DNA of 64,000 nucleotides from Octopus bimaculoides (lineage: Eukaryota): the NCBI RefSeq assembly GCF_001194135.2, contig NC_068984.1, forward strand, positions 117,773,947-117,837,946, given 5' to 3'. The number at the start of each line of letters is the position of its first letter. The stretch's first letter is position 1. Positions 1 through 11,900 of the stretch are shown here, in pieces. Below the pieces are notes generated by a model that saw only the letters and a program-made list of their open reading frames with translations, had not been told where the DNA came from and did no database searches. Both the position numbers and the translations under genes were made by a program.

Positions 1-185
1 CCACCACTGACATCACTGCCACCCCCACCACCACTACTGCTACCACCACCACTGCTACCACCACCACCACTGCTACCACCACCACCACCACCACTGCTAC
101 CACCACCACCACAAATGTTTCACCACTACAACTGCCATCACCACCACCACCATCACCACCATTACTACTGCTGCCACTGCCACCA
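1..185. repeat. (CAC/CACTAC)n low-complexity trinucleotide tract
   Basis: Continuous ccaccaccactgctac-type repeats from base 1. Confidence 0.9.
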
Positions 186-1397
186 CCATCGAAGGAGCAG
201 AAACTTGAAGACAGCAATGTCTTCTGAGGTACCTCAACACCTCAATATGGTTACAGGACTAGCCTGGTATCACTGCTAGCAAAGCTATTTTTAAATAGCG
301 CTGAAATAATTTTGATGGTAAATATACTTCTGCTGGTAAATATATCACCAAACAGTCCTGATTCAGTAGCAGCAGCAAATTATTTTACCATTTCTTTTTT
401 TTTTAATATCTTTTTATTTTTATATTTTGCTTTAAAAACACAAAAACCTAATGGTTATCTGTTTATCATTGAAGATCGAAATGTGGTATCAATCATATTT
501 TCTTTCTTATCTTTTCACACACACACACACACACTCACACAAACACACACACACACACATGCAAATATGCACACATGCATACACACACAGACACATAACA
601 TACACACATACAGAAGCAAGTACACTGAGACATAATCATACGCATACATACACTCGTTTTCGTTGTTTTTTTTTTATCATGAAGGTGCTCTACATCTTTG
701 AGTGTTATTCCTGGAATTTAGAGGAGCAAAAAAAAAAAACTGTTCTTAGAAAGACAACAGTAGTGACAAAAATAACAACAAAAAAAAAGCCACAACAACA
801 ACAGCAGCATTGATGACACTGGTGAAGAAGGGTGATGTTTCTTGCAGCAACTATACTGGCTTGGAAACAAAGAAAAAAACACTACAAAGGTAAAATTACC
901 ATGGCCAGTGAATNNNNNNNNNNNNNNNNNNNNNNNNNNNNNNNNNNNNNNNNNNNNNNNNNNNNNNNNNNNNNNNNNNNNNNNNNNNNNNNNNNNNNNN
1001 NNNNNNNNNNNNNNNNNNNNNNNNNNNNNNNNNNNNNNNNNNNNNNNNNNNNNNNNNNNNNNNNNNNNNNNNNNNNNNNNNNNNNNNNNNNNNNNNNNNN
1101 NNNNNNNNNNNNNNNNNNNNNNNNNNNNNNNNNNNNNNNNNNNNNNNNNNNNNNNNNNNNNNNNNNNNNNNNNNNNNNNNNNNNNNNNNNNNNNNNNNNN
1201 NNNNNNNNNNNNNNNNNNNNNNNNNNNNNNNNNNNNNNNNNNNNNNNNNNNNNNNNNNNNNNNNNNNNNNNNNNNNNNNNNNNNNNNNNNNNNNNNNNNN
1301 NNNNNNNNNNNNNNNNNNNNNNNNNNNNNNNNNNNNNNNNNNNNNNNNNNNNNNNNNNNNNNNATATATATATATGTGTGTGTGTATATGTATGTAT

Positions 1398-1960
1398 ATA
1401 AAATATAAAATAGGACAAGAACGCAAAACATCTGGACAGTTAGGTGATACAAAAATGGGACGACAAAACATCCAAATAGACGATACAAAAAAAACAAGGA
1501 CAGGTCATTCGAAGTTTTCTTTCCTCAGTCGAGTACCAGATTATCTTCGCAATTTCAGCTGATTATAGTCGAGATTGCTCCAATCTGGCTAGCCCCAAGG
1601 AAAAACTAAGCTAAGAGCATTAGATTCTTTGGAAGAAAGCAGCAAATGTATACGAAAACAAGGATGGAAAAAAATGGACAGTGTTACACAAATACAATAA
1701 AAATAATAACAAGACATAACAACAGGTATCTTTCAATTAAGGACAAATTAAATTAAGCTGGCATGTGTGGAAATAAAGCCTTACAGCAGGGATACAAGAT
1801 TTCACAGGTACAGGGAAGAATATCGATGCTGGGGGTTTAGTTCACAGGTGATGTAAACGATTAGGTATGCTAGGTAAGTACTGTAACAGATTAATAGGGC
1901 TCCAAGGTTATAGCAGAGACGGTAGTTTATGGAGCCATTGCAGATTTCCAATGCACCGGA
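1398..1960 (-). mobile_element. Unclassified interspersed repeat, possibly Penelope-like; copy 1
   Basis: About 1400-1850 is the reverse complement of about 23630-24062 (e.g. ccacacatgccagcttaattta). Classification is inference from a CTGANGA-hairpin-GAA-like motif near 1505-1530 on the minus strand. Confidence 0.55.
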
Positions 1961-2204
1961 TATATACTTGTTAAAAGGACAACAAACATTAAGGCAAGGC
2001 AAACATCTCAAGTCATATACAGTATTATTATTGGAAAAAACATTCAAAGTCTGACAGCTGTTTCTGGGATATCTCTGAGTATGGGATATTCCATCGTCAC
2101 AGCTATAAGGCTTTGAATTTTTTTCCAATAATAACATCGTATACGACTTGAGATGTTTGCCTTGCCTTAATGTTTGCTGTCCTCTTTAACAAGCATATAT
2201 ATAT
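1960..2204. repeat. Fold-back inverted repeat: ~100-bp arms, 37-nt spacer
   Basis: 1960-2061 pairs with 2099-2204 at ~88% by eye, including a perfect 32-nt core caaacattaaggcaaggcaaacatctcaagtc. Confidence 0.85.
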
Positions 2205-3054
2205 NNNNNNNNNNNNNNNNNNNNNNNNNNNNNNNNNNNNNNNNNNNNNNNNNNNNNNNNNNNNNNNNNNNNNNNNNNNNNNNNNNNNNNNNNNNNNNNN
2301 NNNNNNNNNNNNNNNNNNNNNNNNNNNNNNNNNNNNNNNNNNNNNNNNNNNNNNNNNNNNNNNNNNNNNNNNNNNNNNNNNNNNNNNNNNNNNNNNNNNN
2401 NNNNNNNNNNNNNNNNNNNNNNNNNNNNNNNNNNNNNNNNNNNNNNNNNNNNNNNNNNNNNNNNNNNNNNNNNNNNNNNNNNNNNNNNNNNNNNNNNNNN
2501 NNNNNNNNNNNNNNNNNNNNNNNNNNNNNNNNNNNNNNNNNNNNNNNNNNNNNNNNNNNNNNNNNNNNNNNNNNNNNNNNNNNNNNNNNNNNNNNNNNNN
2601 NNNNNNNNNNNNNNNNNNNNNNNNNNNNNNNNNNNNNNNNNNNNNNNNNNNNNNNNNNNNNNNNNNNNNNNNNNNNNNNNNNNNNNNNNNNNNNNNNNNN
2701 NNNNNNNNNNNNNNNNNNNNNNNNNNNNNNNNNNNNNNNNNNCACAGCATTCAATTATTAAACATTCATGATTGGAATGAATAAATAAGATTGAATATTA
2801 AGTATTTATGGAATTTTGATTTATTGTCAGGTGACTTTTAGCCAAGCCTGTATACATACACACACACACACACATACATGTATATAAGACAAAATATAAA
2901 TAATGGTCATTACATATTTTTCCTTTTTAAAATAAATTTGGCTTACATCTGCTTCCAGTAGTCATGCAAAAATGAAAATAAGATTGACAACTCATTTTAA
3001 CAGATATATTTGCCAAAAATACATTAAAATATCTTAAAATACTAAAGAATAAAT

Positions 3055-3446
3055 TTATTCAATAAAATCACAACTGGCTTCAACCACAGCCGATCTTGAA
3101 ATCTCCTGCAACTCTTCTGCCATAACCCTTGCCTTCGGTTCATCTTTGGTGTTACAAGTTTTGTTGGTTTCTTGCTCAACTGTGTCCCACACATAATAAT
3201 CAAGGGTGTTGCAGTCTGGGGAGTTAGATGTTAGGTGTGAAGTGGTCACAGAAATTGTCTGACAGCCATGACTGGGTTCTCCTGCTTGTGTGGCATGGTG
3301 CAGAGTCCTGTTGCCAGACATAGGGTCTTCCAGCAGCCATCCTCTTGACCCTGGGCAGTACTACCTACTCCAGGTACTTGATGTAGGCCTCCATGTTGAG
3401 TCTGATGCTGTATGGGAAGAGGAATGAAGGCATAACGTCACCATCA
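3055..3446 (-). mobile_element. Decayed Tc1/mariner (maT, DD37D-type) transposase, C-terminal half
   Basis: Manual translation: ...YVWQQDSAPCHTSRRTQSWLSDNFCDHFTPNI/(frameshift)NSPDCNTLDYYVWDTVEQETNKT. One internal stop. Restoring the missing WPP gives 37 residues between the 2nd and 3rd catalytic D. Confidence 0.85.
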
Positions 3447-3489
3447 CTATATATATATATATTGTTTCTCATAAGAATTTTATGAACTT

Positions 3490-3675
3490 GACAACCACTG
3501 TTGGTTTGTTGACATCGATGAATCTTGTAACTAAGCATTTCAACTAAAAGTGACCAATTGAATAAGTACCAGATTTTAAAAGAATAAGCATTGAGATCAA
3601 TTTCTGCAACTAAACGTTTTCCAGTGATGAGTGCCCCAGCATGATTGTAGTCTTATGACTGAAGCATGTAAAATA
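3490..3675 (+). mobile_element. Old degraded SINE-A 3' half
   Basis: ttgacaaccactgttggtttgtt...gaataagtacc...ccccagcatg...tgactgaagcatgtaaaa resembles the SINE-A tail. Confidence 0.55.
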
Positions 3676-4311
3676 CTAACTTTGGCATCTAGTATTTTTG
3701 TATCAGTAATACCAATGCTACAAGATGGTTTACTTGAGTAAAAACAATCTGACTATCAGTATTGGGGAATGCAAGGAGTAACAGAACCGTGATATATTCA
3801 GCAGCATTTAGCCTGATGGTTAGCTATGTGGCATACATTTCAAGCAATCTGCACTCACTAAGAATCCTCAACTCTGATTGGTTAATAAACCATAAAGTAC
3901 AAGAATGCAACTGTCTCGAGTATTAACTGTAATGCTGACTAACCGACTAAATTATTTACAATAAAAAAGTATGTGACTGCATATGTCTTGAGTAAATATC
4001 GAGTAGAGATCTTGGTGCTCTTAGAGGCCTGGTGTTTGGATCCAGCCTAGTCTCAGGGATCCCAGGAGATGAGATAGAAATTCTCCACTTGGCAGAATGT
4101 AAGTCTATAACAGATAACATTCCAAGATGGGCTGGCAACTATTCATATTGACAACAGTTATGCAAACTGAAACTTGCAGAACTGAATGTGCCAAAAATAC
4201 AAAAGGAAAAAGGGAAAAAAGAAAAACAAAGCTCTAATAAACATTGAAATCCTGCTGTGAACTTGAACTCAAAATCTCTGAGTTGGTAGTCCAATGCTGT
4301 ATCCACCATGC

Positions 4312-5003
4312 CAGTGGTTCCCAAACTTTATCAGGCTGCTGCCTCTTTGGCAATCAGGCCACATTCATAGCATCCCCTCCCATTCATCATTAAAAATATC
4401 AACCACTTTCTGAAGTTTGTTGTTGGCACTCCGTCGCTTACGAAGTCGAGGGTTCCAGTTGATCCGATCAACGGAACAGCCTACTCGTGAAATTAACGTG
4501 CAAGTGGCTGAGCACTCCACAGACACGTGTACCCTTAACGTAGTTCTCGGAGATATTCAGCGTGACACAGTGTGACAAGGCTGACCCTTTGAATTACAGG
4601 CACAACAGAAACAGGAAGTAAGAGTGAGAGAAAGTTGTGGTGGAAGAGTACAGCAGGGTTTGCCACCATCCCCTGCCGGAGCCTCATGGAGCTTTAGGTG
4701 TTTTTCGCTCAATAAACACTCACAACGCCAGGTCTGAGAATCGAAACCGCGATCCTATGACCGCGAGTCCGCTGCCCTAACCAGTGGGCCATTGCGCCTC
4801 CACTTTCTGAAGTAAACTCAAAACAACTGTAATTTCACAGACAAAACTTAACCTAATTAACCCATTATTTTGTTGTTTTTTTTACATCCATTGTCCCTTT
4901 TGGCCACCCCATTATCGCCCCACTTTTCATTAATGTGCTCTTGGACCTTTCCAACGACCCCAGGGAGGTAGGAGGACAGTACCACCCACTTTGGGAACCA
5001 CTG
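4312..5003. mobile_element. hAT-superfamily MITE interrupted by a SINE-B
   Basis: Perfect 14-bp TIRs cagtggttcccaaa (4312-4325) / tttgggaaccactg (4990-5003); 8-bp TSD caccatgc / cactatgc (7/8 match). Confidence 0.85.
4417..4800 (-). mobile_element. SINE-B (tRNA-derived head), full length
   Basis: Head gaggcgcaatggccc..tggttagggcagcgg with B-box-like ggtttcgattc; (caa)n tail; 13-bp TSD cactttctgaagt at 4404-4416 and 4801-4813; near-identical to 37496-37881. Confidence 0.9.
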
Positions 5004-5747
5004 CACTATGCTATTTTGCTTATAAAGTTCTTGGTTTTGTTTAGTTCCAGGTCACCTCTGATCAATGTATTTCAGACACAATGTATTTTAAACTAGGTTA
5101 TCCAATGTGACCTTTTTTTTTTTGGCAAAAAATCAATAGGATGTGAAGTGGCACAGATTTAGCTGTTATTTCTACCAAGTCAAGCAACCATGAGGACATT
5201 CTTTCATTGGCTTTGTCTGCTTTAACACTTGTTGCTGTTGATGTTTTGGTCCATATCAATCCTGATTGAGCAAATCTAACATCAAAAGCTTTGAAGCCAT
5301 CACAGTCTAGTATTTTATTTTATTTATTTATTTATTTATCTATTTATCTATTTATTTATTTATTTCTGCAATCAGCATCCATCAAGAATCACATAATCTT
5401 ATGTTCCTTGTCTTTAAGAGAAATTTAAAGAGACAGTTTCCATTTCTAGCAGGTTGAACGACTTCATAGAGGACTCCTTATTTGAAGTGGTTGACTGCTT
5501 ACCCATTGTTTTGAGTCATTTAAGACAGTCTTTCAAATGGACATTTGTGTATACATTTCTATTCAGACACAAACAACTCTGATGATTATTGTGAAGACTT
5601 AACTATTTCTCTCTCTCTCTCTATATATATATATATTTATATACTGTGTGGAAAGCAATCACTTCAATTTCTGATAAAATGCTTAATATTTTGTTACATT
5701 TTTTTCTTTCTGCCTCTCTTCTTTTATTTATTTATCTATTTATTCAT

Positions 5748-5778
<31 letters not shown>

Positions 5779-6311
5779 TTCAAGAAGCAATACATGTAAA
5801 AGCATAAAAACACGTAAAATATAGACATACAGAAACATTATTTCCATATGAATATATAAACATGATTTAAATCACAATTTCATGGAATAGTAAATAAGCT
5901 GTTTAAAATAATAAACTAAATTTTAGCTATTAAGAGTAAATAGTCACTTGAAATGTTGATGTTATCATCCAGTCCCACCCTGTGCCACCTTCAATAGAAT
6001 TTAAACAAAATGACATTTATTTTGGGGGTGGGGTGGGGTGAGGTGGGAGCAAGAATTAATTGAAATGGAAAAGAAGGCTGTTAAGAGGTCAATGGGTCAA
6101 CAGTTTCTTGTTTTGCATTGGTAATGGAAATTCTGCAGGTTTATGTCATTAACAGCAGATTTCAACATTGTTCTAAAATTGTCTGCTATAGTCTAAAGGT
6201 ACTAGAGGCACATAAGGAATGATGATGATGATGGTGATGATAATGATGATGTGATGAAGATGTTGATGATAATGATGATGACAATTATGATGATGATGAT
6301 GATAATAATAA

Positions 6312-6478
6312 TCATCATCATCATCATCATCATTTAACGTCCACTTTCCATGCTAGCATGGACTGGACGATTTGACTGAGGACTGGTGAAACCAGATGGC
6401 TACACCAGGCTCCAATCTGATTTGGCAGAGTTTCTACAGCTGGATGCCCTTCCTAACACCAACCACTCCGAGAGTGTA
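6312..6478 (-). mobile_element. Element G (RTE-tail SINE or LINE 3' UTR), 5'-truncated
   Basis: Reverse complement ends ...catgctagcatggaaagtggacgttaaatgatgatg; matches 39843-40173. Confidence 0.85.
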
Positions 6479-6604
6479 GAATATGATATGTGGATATGAT
6501 AATGATGATGATGATGATGATGTTGATGGTGATGTTGATGACAACGACGATGATGATGATGGTGATGATGGTGACGATGATGACAACGACGATGATGATT
6601 GACT

Positions 6605-6725
6605 TTGAGTGCTAGAGTGTTGCACTTGTGATTGCAAGATCACAATTTCAATCCCCGGACCACTCAGTGCATTGTGCTTTTGAGCAAAGCACTTCACTTC
6701 ATGTTGCTTACCCAGATGTGTGTTG
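6605..6725 (+). mobile_element. Degraded tRNA-headed SINE (D-like) 5' part
   Basis: tagagtgttgcac...aatttcaatcccc...ttgagcaaagcacttcacttcatgttgct resembles the heads at 43915 and 47525. Confidence 0.5.
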
Positions 6726-8099
6726 TTGCAAATTGCCTTCATGCTGGTAATTTCGTTGCTGTAGATTCACCATGAATTACATCACAGTAAATATATTGTT
6801 TCCACCACAAGGTCCAGTCCTTGCCGCAATACAGTGGCTTGTGTGCCTCTACTTTGACAACAATGCCAGCAGATTGCAAGCTCCTTATAGGGCCTCCCAT
6901 GATGGACAGGTTCAAGGACAGAGGCTGGACTAATATGGACCACCTCTTCCCAGAAGTATAAACGGGTTTGTGTAGGGTCAGCACCTCTACTTAGAAAAAA
7001 GTAAAGTTACAGAAGCAACAATAAGAATTCAGAACCAACACGACTTGGGAGTGGAGAGCCTTCCCTCACAGAAGCATGAAATTGGAAGGACAGTTATCCT
7101 AGAGTTGAGAACAGTGGAAAAAATTCATTGATGGCCTGATATTCCATAGGGAATGAAGGGCTCAAGTAAGTAAATATATTGCTTGTAATTTCATCAGAAA
7201 GTAATTTCATTGTGAGCCAACATATCATCAGTAAATTTATCCTCAGACCAAATACATACTCAATATATTCCTTGACATGCTTTTTATCCACAGTATAAAT
7301 ACATCAGTAAACATTATTTTAAATTTTTATTCACAGGGTAAATGTGTCACGTTTCATTAGCAATGAAAAAAAAAAAAAAAAACTTCAAAAACAAAAGAAA
7401 ACAAAAAGTTACAGAATTTGCTCAAAATATGCATGAAAAAAAGTTTCATTTCAAAGTTACTTCTTTTCGAAATAAAATCACAAAAGAATGCAGTAAAAAA
7501 AATTTCACAATTTTAAATTGAAGAATAAAAGAAACATTTTAAAAGAAAGAAAAAAAGGAGCAATGCCTCTTAAATAATCCAGTATTTCACCATCCATTTT
7601 GATATTCTTTGATGATGCATTAAATTCTCAATGCACCACATTTATATTTCTTCTCGTGATCTGCAATTTCTACAGCAGCAGTATAGTGTTTGATTATTTC
7701 TCCATTTTACTTGATTGTTTTTTTTCTTCAAGATTTCCGAAAATTACTAGATTGTACAATGGAACTTTGTCTTTGAATTTCATTCAAATTTTTTTTTACT
7801 ATTAATGAAATGCAACATATTTATTCTGTGAGTAAAAACTTTAGATTATTTTTCGGGATGTATATATACTCCACTGAAAAAAATGTATGACAATAAAGTT
7901 GTCAATGATATATTTGACACAATGATAAATTTACACATAGAGTAAAGGCTCACAACATAATTACCTTACAATGAAGGTATAAGCAATACATTTACTGCTA
8001 TGTAATTACTAGTGATAAATCTAGTTACTGAGATATGTCATGAGCCCTAGAACTCATAAGAGCAGAGCTCAACCCAGTTTCTAAAGCACTTAAGTGATT

Positions 8100-8295
8100 G
8101 AGGTTATAACACTCCTCCTTGAGGAGTGGTCTGTTTCAAGGTTAATATCCCAGCTATGGCTGGAACTCATTTACAGCTAAGCGGACTCAATGGAGTAACA
8201 TAAAATGTAGTGTTTTGCTCAAGAACATAACACAATGTCTGGTCTGAGAATCAAAATTATGATCTTACAACACCCTAACTACTAGGCTACATGTT
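8100..8295 (-). mobile_element. Degraded tRNA-headed SINE (D-like)
   Basis: aactcatttacagct...gtgttttgctcaagaacataacac...ccctaactactaggc is similar to 53760-53895. Confidence 0.5.
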
Positions 8296-8392
8296 TTTCA
8301 CACAGTGATGAATTTACTGCAATGAATTTACAGTGAACCAGCTAAAGAGCCATCTTGATACCAATGTCACTAGCAGTAATTGTTATGTTTCT

Positions 8393-8625
8393 TATTTCTT
8401 TATTGCCCACAAGGGGCTAAATATAGAGGGGACAAACAAGGACAGACAAAGGGATTAAGTTGATTACATCGACCCCAGTGCGTAACTGGTACTTAATTTA
8501 TCGACCCCTAAAGGATGAAAGGCAAAGTCTACCTCGGCGGAATTTGAACTTAGAACGTAACGGCAGACAAAATACCGCTAAGCATTTCGCCTGGCGTGCT
8601 AACGGTTCTGCCAGCTCGCCACTTT
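8393..8625 (-). mobile_element. SINE-F, full length
   Basis: Head gcgagctggcagaaccgttagcacgcc..., B-box-like gttcaaattcc; 14-bp TSD attgttatgtttct at 8379-8392 and 8626-8639. Confidence 0.9.
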
Positions 8626-9130
8626 ATTGTTATGTTTCTCCTATCTATTGCACCACTATTCTGTACACAGGAATGTTATGCATGTGTCAGCCCTGCCTGA
8701 CTTCTCTCCTCATCCATAATCTTAAGCAATAAATACTACTCCTGTTAAGGAAGAATACATCATGCCACACACTGGCCAGAGTTCTTTCAAACTTTTCCTT
8801 TGTAGGAATAGGGAAAAACCCTCTGATTTCTGAAATTTGGAGGCATGCCACTTACCCCTTGAATTTACGTAAATTCTACAAGCCAGAAGATACCCTCCTT
8901 TGTGACATACTCCTTTCACTCTTTTTCTTTTACCTGAAGCTGACCCTTATTGAACACTTCTCTATGGCTCATGATTCAAGCAAAAACTGAGTTGTTGTAT
9001 TAGTGATTTTGCTTTTTTATTTTTTTATGTGCATCTAAGATTGTAGCTGGTTTTTTTTTGTTATATATTTGTTTAATTGTAATATTTTTCTAATTTTCAG
9101 CCGTGAGCTCACAAAATCATTAACAAACTA

Positions 9131-9293
9131 GGCGTAGGAGTGGCTGTGTGGTAAGTAGCTTGCTTACCAACCACATGGTTCCGGGTTCAGTCCCACTGCG
9201 TGGCACCTTGGGCAAGTGTCTTCTACTATAGCCTCGGGCCGACCAAAGCCTTGTGAGTGGATTTGGTAGACGGAAACTGAAAGAAGCCCGTCG

Positions 9294-9332
<39 letters not shown>

Positions 9333-9611
9333 NNNNNNNNNNNNNNNNNNNNNNNNNNNNNNNNNNNNNNNNNNNNNNNNNNNTGTGTGTGTGTGTGTTT
9401 GTGTGTCTGTGTTTGTCCCCCCCAACATCGCTTGACAACCGATGCTGGTGTGTTTACATACCCGTAACTTAGCGGTTCGGCAAAAGAGACTGATAGAATA
9501 AGTACTAGGCTTCCAAAGAATAAGTCTTGGGGGTCGAGTTGCTCGACTAAAGGCGGTGCTCCAGCATGGCCACAGTCAAAAGGCTGAAACAAGTAAAAGA
9601 GTAAAAGAGTA
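9131..9611 (+). mobile_element. SINE-A, full length, with internal microsatellite/gap
   Basis: ggcgtaggagtggctgtgtggtaag (A-box-like), ggttcagtccc (B-box-like), tail (gtaaaaga)n; matches >10 other copies in the window. Confidence 0.92.
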
Positions 9612-9675
9612 TACACATGTGCAGCTCTATTCCTGTGGCAAGTTTTCTGCAGCTGGATGCCCTTCCTACTGCCAT

Positions 9676-10090
9676 GCTTGGCAAAATGCTTAGTGGCATT
9701 TCTTCTGGTGCTTTCCATTTAATTCACATCCTACTGAGATCAACTTTGCCTTTCATTCTTTCAAGGGTGACGAAACAGAGTACCAGCCAAAAACCATGGG
9801 GGTGTCAGTGTAATCAACTTGCCCCCTTGTCTCAAAATTACTGGCTTGAGCCAAGATTTGAAAGAACTGTTAACTAAGGGTGGTGGATTGGCAGAATTGT
9901 TTGAGCATCAGAAAAATAGCTTTGAAGTATTTGTTCTGGCTCTTTATGTTCTGAGTTCATATCTTGGTAAGGTTAAATTTTGCCTTTCATCTTTTTGGCG
10001 TCAATAAAATAAAGTAACAGTCAAGTACTAGGATCAATGGTATCAAGCTAACTCCCTCCCCTTATCATTGTTGACTAAATCAGAAACAAA
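9676..10090 (+). mobile_element. Two degraded SINE-F-related copies in tandem
   Basis: caaaatgcttagtggcatttc...ctttgcctttcat (9676-9865) and ggcagaattgtt...gttctgagttca...tttgcctttcatc (9888-10090). Confidence 0.6.
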
Positions 10091-10791
10091 TATTATTGTA
10101 TAGATTTGGATTTTAGTAAGCTTAGCACCGCTTTTCTCATAAATAAAGAACACAGCATCCATATTTACTTCTTTATGTTATTGTTTCTGTTGTTTGATCT
10201 AGTTTTGTTTTATTTTATTTTTATCTTTTTTTTGCTTGTTCTTTTTTTTCTTTTTTTACTCTCTCTCTCTTTTGTTATCAAAATTGCTGTTGCTGGTGAT
10301 GCAAAGATATCAGGCTGTGCTGACAGCCAGCATAGGATCTCCCAGCATGAAAGATTGAAATAATGTTTGAGTGAGATTAATGTGATATTCTTATTGTTAA
10401 CTTTGAAGTGTTCAGGTTAAAGAAGGAGAGAAAAAAAACCCCCAGAAAAACAACGAGGAAAGAAACGGAAATAAAAAAAAAAAACCTGAAACAAATTAAT
10501 GTACAGCAAGGACAGAGAATTATGTAATTTTAATGATATGCATGGAATTTCTTGCAAGATTGAGGAAATAAAGTAAAGGTGTAAATAACATACATGAAAT
10601 AGGATGAACATGTTCCTTTCCAAATGCTTAAGCTGAACAATCGCTGATTAACCTTTCATGGCAATCACATGTTCTTCACTTGGCTAAGACAGATTAGATT
10701 TTCCTTTTTCAGAGTTAGGAACATATTTCAGCCCTCAAACTGCTGTTAATTTTATACAGTGAATCAACATATTGAGTTCATTATTTCTCAT

Positions 10792-11127
10792 ATACTCTTT
10801 TACTCTTTTACTTGTTTCAGTCATATGACTGCGGCCATGCTGGAGCACCGCCTTTAGTCGAGCAAATTGACCCCAGGACTTATTCTTTGGAAGCCTGATA
10901 CTTATTCTATCGGTCTCTTTTGCCGAACCGTTAAGTTACGGGGACGTAAACACACCACCATCGGTTGTCAAGCGATGTTGGGGGGACAAACACAGACACA
11001 CAAACATATACACACACATATAGGCTATAGTAGAAGACACTTGCCCAAGATGCCATGCAATGGAAATGAACCCGGAACCATGTGGTTGGTAAGCAAGCTA
11101 CTTTACCACACAGCTACTCCTGCGCCT
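10792..11127 (-). mobile_element. SINE-A with internal deletion
   Basis: Reverse complement of the SINE-A pattern; the segment between the internal microsatellite and ggctatagtagaagac is missing. Confidence 0.9.
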
Positions 11128-11539
11128 ATATATTAGGAATTAAAGTACTCACAATGCTCTTTTTGTATATTCTGGGTGTGATTAAAAGGTGAGTCTGGGC
11201 TGCAATTTCTATAAAATTTAACAACCATTTAGAGGTTCTCTTGTTAGGGATTAACAGATTTCTGAGATATTAGGATACTAAAAGCAAGCTGAGAGGTCAG
11301 TGAGTCACATTTTATTGAGAGTTTTGAGTGGTATCCAAGATGCCCAGCTCTCAAATGGGTCAGTTTATTAAGCTGTAAATAGCTGCCAATCTCAACCAAG
11401 ATTATACCCAATAGTCTTAAAAAAAAACAGAAAGACATTTGGAGGATGTTATCCAAGACAGTACTAATGAATGAAGTTATGGATTCTTATGGCTAAGGAG
11501 GTAAAAACTGATCAGTGGGTACAGCCTAGAAATATGCAT

Positions 11540-11766
11540 ATGCACACACACACACACACACACACATACATACACACATTACATACATGCTCACACACAC
11601 TTACCATATATAAACACACACACACAAAGAGGAAAGAGAGTGAGAAAGAGGGAGAAAACTAGATAGATAGATTGATAGATAGATAGATAGATAGATAGAT
11701 AGACAGACAGACAAACAGATAGATAGATAGATAAATACAGACAGACAGACAGACAGACAGAGACAT

Positions 11767-11803
<37 letters not shown>

Positions 11804-11810
11804 TAGATAA

Positions 11811-11871
<61 letters not shown>

Positions 11872-11900
11872 GAAATAGATAGATAGGTAGATAGACAGAT
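11540..11900. repeat. (CA)n and (GATA)n/(GACA)n microsatellite cluster
   Basis: Direct reading. Confidence 0.95.

Noticed and set aside
4720-4800. tRNA-like sequences at SINE heads (also 9131, 37800, 50417 and others)
   Set aside because: They retain A/B boxes but lack a full cloverleaf and continue into SINE bodies, so they are not tRNA genes.
7185-7230. Minus-strand CTGATGA...GAAA spacing
   Set aside because: No convincing stem I or II; expected by chance in AT-rich DNA.
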